NCBI GenBank assembly: GCA_021794075.1
Contig: JAJYRM010000008.1
Span: 5,022-69,021, forward strand
DNA: 64,000 nucleotides
From: Bacteroidota bacterium
GTDB taxonomy: Bacteria; Bacteroidota; Ignavibacteria; Kryptoniales; JAKASW01
Direction of reading: 5' to 3'
The notes under the pieces are model-generated. The model was not told the DNA's origin. It saw only the letters and a program-made list of their open reading frames with translations, and did no database searches. Positions 36,634 to 45,219 of this stretch are shown here, piece by piece. The position numbers were made by a program, and so were the translations under genes. How positions within the stretch are numbered: position 1 is the stretch's first letter; each line of letters opens with the position of its first letter.

Positions 36634-38715
36634 ATGGCGGCGACTGTAGACAGAATATCGGCCAGCAAAGCGTACAAATTATTCGGGAAGAATACCGACC
36701 TGCTACTCGCGGGTGTGGTGCTTCTTATTCTCTCTCTGATGATCGTGCCGCTTCCGCCGTTCATGCTTGATGTTCTCATTTCGGCAAACATTACGTTCTC
36801 GATCGTCCTCCTGATGGTCGCCATGTACATCACGAGCCCGCTCGAACTTTCCGCGTTCCCCGGTTTGCTCCTGATACTCACGCTGTTCCGTCTCTCTTTG
36901 AACGTTGCCTCTTCAAGATTGATCCTCAGTAAAGGATATGCCGGTGAAGTCATACACGCGTTCGGCTCGTTTGTCGTTCAGGGAAACTACGTAGTCGGCG
37001 TAATCATATTCATAATCTTGGCGACCATCCAGTTTGTCGTCATTATCAAAGGCTCCGGAAGAATCGCGGAAGTCACGGCACGGTTTACCCTGGACGCGAT
37101 GCCCGGTAAGCAGATGAGCATCGATGCCGATATGAACTCCGGTTTGATCACCGAAGATCAGGCCAGGCAGCGGCGCGTCAACCTGCAGAGAGAGGCAGAC
37201 TTCTTCGGCGCGATGGACGGCGCAAGCAAATTCGTCAAAGGCGACGCGGTAGCGGGTGTCATCATAATAGTCGTCAACATCGTCGGTGGATTCATCATAG
37301 GTATGGCGCAGCTTGGGATGAGTTTCACGGAGTCTCTCTCACACTACACTCTTCTCACGATCGGCGACGGCTTGGTCACGCAAATACCTGCACTGGTTAT
37401 TTCAACGGCGGCAGGCATGATAGTAACCAGGAGCGCGTCAGGCGGCCAGCTCGACCAGGAATTGAAAAAGCAGCTATTATCGAGGCCGAAAGCGCTCTAC
37501 ATCGCCGGCGGAACGCTCGCGTTTTTCGGGATCATCCCGGGACTTCCGACAGTGCCATTCCTCGCCCTCGCCACAATTGTGGCGGGCTTCGGTTACGTCA
37601 GGTCTAAAACCATGTCGAACCAGCCTGCGGAGGAGCAAGCCAAGGCGGTTACTGAAGAGGAGAAGAAGGACGAGAAAATTGAGTCCTACCTGCAGGTCGA
37701 TCCTATCGAACTTGAGATAGGGTACGGTTTGATTTCGATGGTAGATGAAGCTGCGGGCGGCGATCTCTTTCAGCGGATCACGAATTTGAGGAAGCAGATC
37801 GCGCTCGAGTTAGGCATGATCGTGCCTCCAATCAGAGTGCGCGACAACCTTCAACTCCCGCCGAGCCGCTACGTGATCAAGATAAGAGGCGTGCAGGTTG
37901 CCCAGGGTGAACTTTACATGGATCGATACCTCGCGATGAGTCCGAGTATGAAGGAAGGCGACATCCCGGGTATTTACGTCACGGATCCGACTTTCGGACT
38001 ACCCGCAGTGTGGGTCGAAAGAACGCAGCGCGACAATGCCGAAGTTCTGGGCTTCACTGTCGTGGAGGCGCCTGCAGTGCTGTCGACGCATCTTGGCGAG
38101 ACGCTGAAAAGGAATGCGGATAAGATCCTCAGCAGGCAGGAAGTGAAGATGCTCATAGACAATTTGAAGAAGGACTACGGCGCGCTCGTCGAAGAGATTA
38201 ATCCGGACCTTCTTCCGCTGGGAACGCTTCAGAAGGTGCTTCAGAATCTGCTCAAGGAACGCATCCCGATACGGGACCTCGTGACGATCATCGAGTCGCT
38301 TCTTGATTATTCCAAAGTAACAAAGAACACAGAGGTCTTGACCGAATACGTAAGGCACGCTCTCTCTGAAACAATAGCTGCCCTCTACGCCGATCCGTCC
38401 GGCGTAATTCACGCGATAACGCTTGATCCGTCAGTTGAACAGATACTGTCGAGTTCTCTGCAGACTCAAAAAGAGATCACGAACACGCTCGGGCTTTCAC
38501 CTGAAATCACAAAGAAAATAAACGACAGCGTTTCGAGAAATGTCGAACACGCTCAATCGTTCGGTTACGACCCAGTCGTCATTTGTTCGGCGACAGTAAG
38601 GCTTTATTTCTACAGGCTTATACATACGAACTTCCAGCAGGTGGCCGTCACTTCGTACACGGAGCTCCCGGCACGCACCGAGATTGATATCATCGGAAGG
38701 ATAGTAGCAGGATGA
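36634..38715 (+). CDS. flhA: Flagellar export gate protein FlhA
   Basis: Conserved FHIPEP region (ARFTLDAMPGKQMSIDADMNSGLI, GAMDGASKFVKGDA) and a C-terminal cytoplasmic ring domain. Confidence 0.96.
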   Translation: MAATVDRISASKAYKLFGKNTDLLLAGVVLLILSLMIVPLPPFMLDVLISANITFSIVLLMVAMYITSPLELSAFPGLLLILTLFRLSLNVASSRLILSKGYAGEVIHAFGSFVVQGNYVVGVIIFIILATIQFVVIIKGSGRIAEVTARFTLDAMPGKQMSIDADMNSGLITEDQARQRRVNLQREADFFGAMDGASKFVKGDAVAGVIIIVVNIVGGFIIGMAQLGMSFTESLSHYTLLTIGDGLVTQIPALVISTAAGMIVTRSASGGQLDQELKKQLLSRPKALYIAGGTLAFFGIIPGLPTVPFLALATIVAGFGYVRSKTMSNQPAEEQAKAVTEEEKKDEKIESYLQVDPIELEIGYGLISMVDEAAGGDLFQRITNLRKQIALELGMIVPPIRVRDNLQLPPSRYVIKIRGVQVAQGELYMDRYLAMSPSMKEGDIPGIYVTDPTFGLPAVWVERTQRDNAEVLGFTVVEAPAVLSTHLGETLKRNADKILSRQEVKMLIDNLKKDYGALVEEINPDLLPLGTLQKVLQNLLKERIPIRDLVTIIESLLDYSKVTKNTEVLTEYVRHALSETIAALYADPSGVIHAITLDPSVEQILSSSLQTQKEITNTLGLSPEITKKINDSVSRNVEHAQSFGYDPVVICSATVRLYFYRLIHTNFQQVAVTSYTELPARTEIDIIGRIVAG

Positions 38716-39968
38716 GAATAAAGAAATTCACCGGTTCTACGGCTAAAGAGGCCGTGGAGAAGATGCGGCAGGAATTCGGCGAAGAAGCCGTAGTCCTGAA
38801 CACGCGCCGCGTATCCAAGGGCGGCCTTCTCGGAATAGGCAATGAAGAATATGTCGAAGTGACTGCCGCTTACGACGAGTCCCCGATGAAGGTGCAACCG
38901 CGGCGCCAGGAAACCCGTTCACAGCAGGCGCCGGCCGCCGGAGAGGATGTCCTCGGCAGCCTTAGACAAATGGCTTCCAAGTTTGAAGAGAAACGAAAGG
39001 CTGATATCTCCACGAAGCGGCCGCCGGTATCGATGGCCCAGGCCGCCTCAAGCGCCGAGAGCGACGCCCTCAGGCAGGAACTCTCCGAGGTGAAGAGCGC
39101 GCTTGGAGAAATAGCTCAGCATATCAAGCACTCCAAGATGCCGGTCCTTTCCGAAGCGCTGAAAAACGTTTACACGTCGCTTGTCGACAACGAGGTCGAG
39201 GAGGATATTGCTCTCGAAATCGTGCAGGCCTGCAACAACAAGCTGAGCGGAAGCTCAATTGAAAACCAGTTTGCGGTTGACAACTTCGTCTATTCTGCCA
39301 TAGCCACCCGTTTCTTGGAAGCCCCTGTCAGAAGGCTTGGAAGGAGAGGCTACGTTGTCGCGCTCGTCGGACCGACCGGTGTCGGCAAGACAACAACCGT
39401 TGCTAAGCTCGCTTCCATAAGCAAGCTTGTCAAAGGTGAGAACGTCGCGCTGATTACGGCCGATACGTACAGGATCGGAGCCATCGATCAGCTTAAGGCT
39501 TTTGCGGATATAGCATCGATACCGTTATCCGTCGTGTACACTCCGGACGAAATGATAGCCGCTATCAGAAAGTATTCGAACTACGACACGATTTACATAG
39601 ACACTGTAGGTAGAAGTCAGCGGAAGCCCGACAAAATAATTGAGCTCGGCAGGTTCATCGACGCTGCCGATCCGAACGAAGTTCACCTGGTGCTGAGCGC
39701 AAACTTCTCGGCGAGCACTGTACTCGATATTTACAAGAGATTCAAGAGTCTTAAGCCTAACAGGCTGTTGATCACTAAAACAGATGAGGCTGTTTCTCTC
39801 GGGATGTTGCTGAGCATTGCCCGGGATTCTAGGGTGCCGTTTTCTTTTATCACGAATGGCCAAAGCGTTCCCGATGACATTGAGCCCGCGTCGGGAGATG
39901 GCCTTTCTAAAATGATTTATCCGGTCGGATCATATCGTGATGAAATCGGAGCCGAAGCCCATGCTTGA
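38712..39968 (+). CDS. flhF: Flagellar SRP-type GTPase FlhF
   Basis: MRIKKFTGSTAKEAVEKMRQEFGEEAVVL B-domain start. NG domain with GPTGVGKTTT, DTYRIGA, DTVGRS and TKTDE. Confidence 0.9.
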   Translation: MRIKKFTGSTAKEAVEKMRQEFGEEAVVLNTRRVSKGGLLGIGNEEYVEVTAAYDESPMKVQPRRQETRSQQAPAAGEDVLGSLRQMASKFEEKRKADISTKRPPVSMAQAASSAESDALRQELSEVKSALGEIAQHIKHSKMPVLSEALKNVYTSLVDNEVEEDIALEIVQACNNKLSGSSIENQFAVDNFVYSAIATRFLEAPVRRLGRRGYVVALVGPTGVGKTTTVAKLASISKLVKGENVALITADTYRIGAIDQLKAFADIASIPLSVVYTPDEMIAAIRKYSNYDTIYIDTVGRSQRKPDKIIELGRFIDAADPNEVHLVLSANFSASTVLDIYKRFKSLKPNRLLITKTDEAVSLGMLLSIARDSRVPFSFITNGQSVPDDIEPASGDGLSKMIYPVGSYRDEIGAEAHA

Positions 39969-40785
39969 TCAGGCAGTAAGGTTGAGGGAAGTGGTGAACG
40001 CTCAGACAGCCGTGGCGCAAATCGGCGATCAGCCGCATAAGATCAGCGTCGTAAGCGGAAAAGGCGGAGTGGGTAAGAGCAACATAGCCCTCAATCTCGG
40101 TATAGCACTCGCCCGGGATGGCGCACGTGTCCTACTGGTTGATGGTAATGTCAATCTTTCCAACCTCGATATCCTTTCTGGTGTTTCGCCGAACTACAGG
40201 CTCTTCGATGTGATTGAAGGGAAGGTAGGGCTCAGAGAGGCGACCGCGGAAATATCTCCGAACGTGTTTCTCCTTGCTGGCATGTCCGACGGAAGGTTGA
40301 AGAAGCTCGGGTCGGGAGACGCGGCAGCGTTCTTCAGAGAAGTAAAGCTCGCAGAGCCGGCATTCCATTACGCTGTGATCGATACAGCAGGCGGCATCGT
40401 GCAGGAGTCGATATCGCTCGCTCTCCTATCCGATGAGGTTCTTGTCGTCTCGACGCCGGAGCCGACGGCGGTCATGGACGCTTATGTGCTCGTGAAGGCG
40501 ATCAAAAGAATAAACGCGAACGCCGATCTGAGGTTGCTCATAAACAGGGCAAAGAGCGCCGAGGAGGCGGATGAAGTGAGAGCGAAGTTCGACCTGGTCA
40601 GCGAGCATTTCTTGAATCTCAAGATCGAATACGCCGGTTTCATCCCTTCGGATGAATCGGTCGAGAAAGCTGTAAGTGTGCAGTCGCCCTTAGTCAAAGA
40701 GTTTCCAGAATCCTTGTCTTCAAAGGCGATTGCTTCGATGGCGGAACGCATCCTGGCAAAAGGATCATTCAGGAAAAAAGTGTGA
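39961..40785 (+). CDS. flhG: Flagellar number regulator FlhG/FleN (MinD-type ATPase)
   Basis: Deviant Walker A SGKGGVGKSN and a MinD-like fold. An alternative start at 39937 is possible. Confidence 0.88.
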   Translation: MLDQAVRLREVVNAQTAVAQIGDQPHKISVVSGKGGVGKSNIALNLGIALARDGARVLLVDGNVNLSNLDILSGVSPNYRLFDVIEGKVGLREATAEISPNVFLLAGMSDGRLKKLGSGDAAAFFREVKLAEPAFHYAVIDTAGGIVQESISLALLSDEVLVVSTPEPTAVMDAYVLVKAIKRINANADLRLLINRAKSAEEADEVRAKFDLVSEHFLNLKIEYAGFIPSDESVEKAVSVQSPLVKEFPESLSSKAIASMAERILAKGSFRKKV

Positions 40786-41054
40786 TGGACAAGCTTGGAA
40801 TAAAAATACCGATGCTGGCCTTCTTCCTTGGCGTCGTTTACTTCGCCTCCGATGGATTCGGCGTCGTTGATGCGATAATAAGGGCGTTCATGCTTGCTTT
40901 CGGTATCGCCCTGATTATCCTCCTATTCACAATGCTACTCATGTTCTTCCTGACTCTTCAGAAGAACCGATCGGAAACCGAGAAAACACCTGCCGCGGAT
41001 CAGCGATCACAAACAGGTCAGCTGCAGAGCAAGAAAGTTGAGATGCAATCATGA
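40782..41054 (+). CDS. Hypothetical small membrane protein (2 TM) between flhG and fliA
   Basis: Two hydrophobic segments followed by a polar Gln/Lys tail. Its start overlaps the flhG stop and its stop overlaps the fliA start. No family recognised. Confidence 0.5.
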   Translation: MMDKLGIKIPMLAFFLGVVYFASDGFGVVDAIIRAFMLAFGIALIILLFTMLLMFFLTLQKNRSETEKTPAADQRSQTGQLQSKKVEMQS

Positions 41055-41779
41055 CGACTCAAGAACTCTGGGAAAAATACTCCCGGCGCAAGACGGCGGC
41101 AGTGAAGAAAGAACTCGTCCTTTCTTACATGAATCTGGTCAAATACGCGGCCCGAGCTATTAATCTCCCTTCGAAGTGCGTCTTCGACGCCGATGACCTG
41201 ATGAGTATAGGCATAATCGGTCTGGTGGAGGCGATAGAAAGGTTCGATCCGAAGCGCGGGGTGAAATTCGAGACTTTCGCGTCACAGAGAATTCGCGGCG
41301 TCATGCTTGACGAAATAAGGAAAGTAGATTGGCTCCCGAGGTCTGTCCGCGACAAATATAAGAAAGCCTCCAAATCGCTGAGCGAGCTCGATATGGACAG
41401 CATAAACGGCGAGAAGTACGCCCGTGCGATAAACATGAGTATCAGTGAGTTTGAGCAGATCAAGGGTTACCTGGCTAATGCCGAAACCGTCTCTCTCACC
41501 AGGACGATCGGTGAAGATATGACCCTTGAAGACGTGATTGGCAGCGACAGCGAAGTTATCGAGCAGTTCGAGGATGAGGAACTGAAGGGGCAGCTCGTGC
41601 AGATCCTGAAGCAGCTTCCTGAAAGAGAACGCATGGTGGTCACCCTTTACTATTACGAGGAACTCACCTTCAAAGAGATTGGAAAGGTTCTTGGGATAAG
41701 CGAGTCCCGCGTGTCCCAAATACATTCTGAGGTGATATCGAAAATGAAGGGGCAGCTAAGAAAGGTTGTTGAACTATGA
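41051..41779 (+). CDS. fliA: Flagellar sigma factor FliA (sigma-28)
   Basis: Region 2 (GIIGLVEAIERFDPKRGVKFETFASQRIRGVMLDEIRK), region 3, and region 4.2 (LPERERMVVTLYYYEELTFKEIGKVLGISESRVSQIHS). Confidence 0.93.
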   Translation: MTTQELWEKYSRRKTAAVKKELVLSYMNLVKYAARAINLPSKCVFDADDLMSIGIIGLVEAIERFDPKRGVKFETFASQRIRGVMLDEIRKVDWLPRSVRDKYKKASKSLSELDMDSINGEKYARAINMSISEFEQIKGYLANAETVSLTRTIGEDMTLEDVIGSDSEVIEQFEDEELKGQLVQILKQLPERERMVVTLYYYEELTFKEIGKVLGISESRVSQIHSEVISKMKGQLRKVVEL

Positions 41780-42942
41780 TAGGGGTTGGACAATTGACTG
41801 ACAGGTTATCATCGATAAAGGATTTGCCCACTTTTCCGACCACCGCGTTGGAAGTCATGCGGCTCGCGAGCGATTCGGACAGCAGCGCTGCCGAGCTGGC
41901 GAGGATAATTTCAAGAGACCCTTCGCTAGCGACCAAGATACTTCGGGTGGCTAATTCGCCTTATTATGGCTTTGCCAGAAAGATTTCTACTATTGAGTGG
42001 GCGATCGTCGCTCTCGGGTTTGAGACTCTGAGAGAGACCATCCTCTCACTGACGATGATTGACCTGTTCAAAGGCGGCGCGACGAAAAGTTTTGACCCGC
42101 GAAAGTTCTGGAAGCATGCCGTCGATACAGCCTCGGCCGCCCGGACGCTCGCGCGTGAGGTGAAATACAGGATCCCCGGTGAGGCGTACGCCTCAGGTTT
42201 ACTCCACGATGTCGGGACGCTGGTACTCTACAAGTATTTCCGGGATGATTTTGATGAGATACTCAGGCTTGAAAACGAAGAAGGGGTGCAGCCTTCCCAG
42301 GCCGAAGTGGTGGTCACGGGGACGACCCACGGCGAGATCGGTGCATGGCTCGCATCCAAATGGGGATTCCCGGCTTACCTCGTCGAGGCAATTCAGTTCC
42401 ATCACTCACCGGCGTTTGCTCAAGTGAATCCGGAGCTTACTTCGATAGTTCACGCGGCAAGCCTCATCGCGTCATCTGTCGGTTACTCCTGCGCTGACCA
42501 ACCTATAAGGTTCGATACCTTGGCGATTAAATATCTCGGGATCGAGAGGCTCTCCTCTCCCATGAGAATTCTCGCCAAGAAATATGTCAACGATGATAAT
42601 ACGAGCCTCATAAAAATTCGCGTGCCCATGACCGATTACGCGCCCGGCAGCGAACCGGAACTGCCCACAATCGATTCAGAAGAAAAGTCTGACGACGAAG
42701 TGGACGACGGCACTCTCAAGAGATTTTTCAAAGATGCTATAAAACTTCTTCCTTCGACCGAAAGACTGGTCTTGACTCTTAAGCTTTACGAAGGGCTTGA
42801 ACTCAGACAGGTGGCGACTGTGCTTGGTTACGAGGAAGCAATTGTCGCTGAGTATTACAAGAACGCAATTTCCGCGCTCCAGCAGATGGCTGAACGCGCG
42901 ATACTAACGAATAGGTTGGACCAATGGAAAATGAGATTCTAA
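41776..42942 (+). CDS. HDOD-domain protein with C-terminal FliA-like sigma region 4
   Basis: HDOD hallmarks: LPTFPTTALEVMRL, ANSPYYGF, GLLHDVG, HGEIGAWLASKWGFP, FHHSP. After an acidic linker comes LLPSTERLVLTLKLYEGLELRQVATVLGYEEAIVAEYYKNAISALQQM, which aligns to FliA region 4. An ATGA overlap links it to the fliA stop. Confidence 0.75.
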   Translation: MIGVGQLTDRLSSIKDLPTFPTTALEVMRLASDSDSSAAELARIISRDPSLATKILRVANSPYYGFARKISTIEWAIVALGFETLRETILSLTMIDLFKGGATKSFDPRKFWKHAVDTASAARTLAREVKYRIPGEAYASGLLHDVGTLVLYKYFRDDFDEILRLENEEGVQPSQAEVVVTGTTHGEIGAWLASKWGFPAYLVEAIQFHHSPAFAQVNPELTSIVHAASLIASSVGYSCADQPIRFDTLAIKYLGIERLSSPMRILAKKYVNDDNTSLIKIRVPMTDYAPGSEPELPTIDSEEKSDDEVDDGTLKRFFKDAIKLLPSTERLVLTLKLYEGLELRQVATVLGYEEAIVAEYYKNAISALQQMAERAILTNRLDQWKMRF

Positions 42943-43784
42943 AAGAAAAAGTACAGAATATCATACAGCTTCCCGCACTTCCCACTATTGCGGTCGAGGT
43001 TGCTTCGCTAATCGACAATCCGAACACGAGTGTCTCCAAGCTGACTAAAGTCATCTCCGCCGACCAGGTCCTGACTGCCAAGGTGCTGAAAATAGCGAAC
43101 TCGCCTTTCTACGGCTTTCAAAGGAAAATATCGACGCTCGATTTCGCCATCATGGTACTCGGCTTCGATTCGCTGAAGGAGATTTTGATAAGCGTTTCGT
43201 TAATAAGCGCTTTTAAAAAGAAACAGGACAAATATTTCAATTCGAAAGAGTTCTGGGAGCATTCGCTGGCTACGGGAATTGCCGCTCGTACCCTCGCGAA
43301 ACAGCTCGGCTATCGTATCAGCGGTGAATCGTTTGTGGCAGGGCTCATCCACGACATCGGGATACTCGTGACCCATCAATATTTCCACGATGATTATATA
43401 CAGATCGTCGATGCCGTGACCGACGGAAAGGTGTCCTTCCAGGATATGGAAGAGACGGTCCTCTTCGCCACGCACGGTGACATCGGGGCATGGCTGGCTG
43501 AGCGGTGGAATCTTCCCGATCAGCTCATTGAGGCGATCAGATTCCATCACAAGCCGAGCCTCGCCGAAAGAAACCCACAGCTGACGGCCCTGATCCATTT
43601 TGTCGATTATCTTTGCCATAAACTAGGTATTGGCGCTCTCTCCTATGAGAAAGTGCAGCAGTACGATCCTGAATCGTTGAAGATCCTTAACATCTCTGAA
43701 GCTGAGATGACCGAGGCTTTCTATGAGTCCTTCGGTTCGAAACTGCGCGAAGATCTTGAGCGGACATTTGTGAATATTATCTGA
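42924..43784 (+). CDS. Stand-alone HDOD-domain protein
   Basis: LPALPTIAVEVASLIDNP, ANSPFYGF, GLIHDIG, HGDIGAWLAERWNLP, FHHKP. It overlaps the previous gene by 19 nt. Confidence 0.85.
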   Translation: MENEILKEKVQNIIQLPALPTIAVEVASLIDNPNTSVSKLTKVISADQVLTAKVLKIANSPFYGFQRKISTLDFAIMVLGFDSLKEILISVSLISAFKKKQDKYFNSKEFWEHSLATGIAARTLAKQLGYRISGESFVAGLIHDIGILVTHQYFHDDYIQIVDAVTDGKVSFQDMEETVLFATHGDIGAWLAERWNLPDQLIEAIRFHHKPSLAERNPQLTALIHFVDYLCHKLGIGALSYEKVQQYDPESLKILNISEAEMTEAFYESFGSKLREDLERTFVNII

Positions 43785-43809
43785 CTTGTTTACCCGGAGA
43801 TTATAATAA

Positions 43810-45219
43810 ATGAAAAAAGAAGAGTTAGCAGAGAACGACACGAAAACGGAGAGCGGAAATCCGCAGACGCCTGCCGTTGCTGAGACAATAGAGCGATTCA
43901 TGGAGACTCGCGAATCGTACATCCATGCGCTGGAAAGCACGATTCAGATGCTCAAGATGAAGCTCGATTTGCACGAGAAGACCGAGACGGACATCAAACA
44001 GTCCCTCGACGAAATATTCGCGATGCAACGGCTTGCAAACACAATCAGCACCGCCACCGACCCAATCTCTGTCTTCGATTCTCTCCTGGAACTTACCCGT
44101 CAGGTGGTTCCCGTCGAAGAGAGCATGATATTCGAGGTCGGAGCGTCAAGGTCTCAGACGAAGCCCTTCCTTTCCACGTGCTCCGACTATATGCTCAAAG
44201 CTTCGCAGCATCTGCTTGAAGAGGGTATTCTCGACTGGGTTATCGAGCAGAAGAAGACGACCGTGGTGCCTGATCTTAACGCGTCGGTGGCGGAAGCCGG
44301 AAAGCGGAACTTTGTTGTTGTCCCGCTGACACTCCGCAACGAGGCCATCGGGGTCTACATCATTCGCACAAGCGGCTTGCGCAGTATATTCACCGACCAT
44401 GAATTGATGTTGCTCGGAATTCTTTCGAACCAGGCCGGCGTCGCGATCGAGAACCTTCATAACATTCACAAACTTATCGACGCCGCCGAAGAGCTGAAGA
44501 AATCGCAGTCCCAGATGCTTCAGGCCGCGAAGCTCGCCTCCCTCGGGGAGCTCGCGGGCGGTATCGCGCACGAAATCAACAACCCTCTTCAGATTCTCCT
44601 TGGCCATATCGCCCTCCTTCAACAGGGGAAAGATATCGAGCACAGGATCGAGATCATCAGGAGCCAGGTCCAGAGAATCTCTCAGATTACCCGCCAGCTT
44701 GTCTCGTTCTCCAGGAGCGTCCCCGAAGAACTTAGCCATGAGCTGGTCAATGTCAACTGGGCTATAAACGAAATCATAGCTCTCGTCGATTATCAGTTTA
44801 AGAACCGCGGCATAGATTTCGACCTGCGTTTCTCGGAAGACATCCCACCGCTGGACTCGAACAAGAACTATATGCAGCAGGCTTTCCTTAATCTTCTGAT
44901 AAACGCGAAAGACGCGATGCCTAACGGAGGAAAGATGATCATTTCAACAGAGTTCGTTAATGGGAAAATAAATATACGCTTCACCGATTCGGGGTCGGGC
45001 ATAAAAAAAGAAAACCTTGTCAAAATTTTCGAACCGTTCTTCACGACGAAGGAGCCAGGAAAGGGAACCGGCCTCGGCCTTCCGATCACGAGAGGGATTG
45101 TGAGGAAATTTGGAGGCGAGATCAAAGTCGACAGTATCGAAGGCCAAGGTACAACTTTTTCGATAGTGCTTCCGGTACTTAGAACCGGCAGCACTATCAG
45201 TGGAGGTAATGTTAAATGA
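43810..45219 (+). CDS. Cytoplasmic GAF-domain sensor histidine kinase
   Basis: No TM segment. GAF-like region (LLELTRQVVPVEESMIFEV ... VVVPLTLRNEAIGVYII), H-box GIAHEINNPLQ, N-box LLINAKDAM, G-boxes DSGSGI and GKGTGLGL. Confidence 0.85.
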   Translation: MKKEELAENDTKTESGNPQTPAVAETIERFMETRESYIHALESTIQMLKMKLDLHEKTETDIKQSLDEIFAMQRLANTISTATDPISVFDSLLELTRQVVPVEESMIFEVGASRSQTKPFLSTCSDYMLKASQHLLEEGILDWVIEQKKTTVVPDLNASVAEAGKRNFVVVPLTLRNEAIGVYIIRTSGLRSIFTDHELMLLGILSNQAGVAIENLHNIHKLIDAAEELKKSQSQMLQAAKLASLGELAGGIAHEINNPLQILLGHIALLQQGKDIEHRIEIIRSQVQRISQITRQLVSFSRSVPEELSHELVNVNWAINEIIALVDYQFKNRGIDFDLRFSEDIPPLDSNKNYMQQAFLNLLINAKDAMPNGGKMIISTEFVNGKINIRFTDSGSGIKKENLVKIFEPFFTTKEPGKGTGLGLPITRGIVRKFGGEIKVDSIEGQGTTFSIVLPVLRTGSTISGGNVK

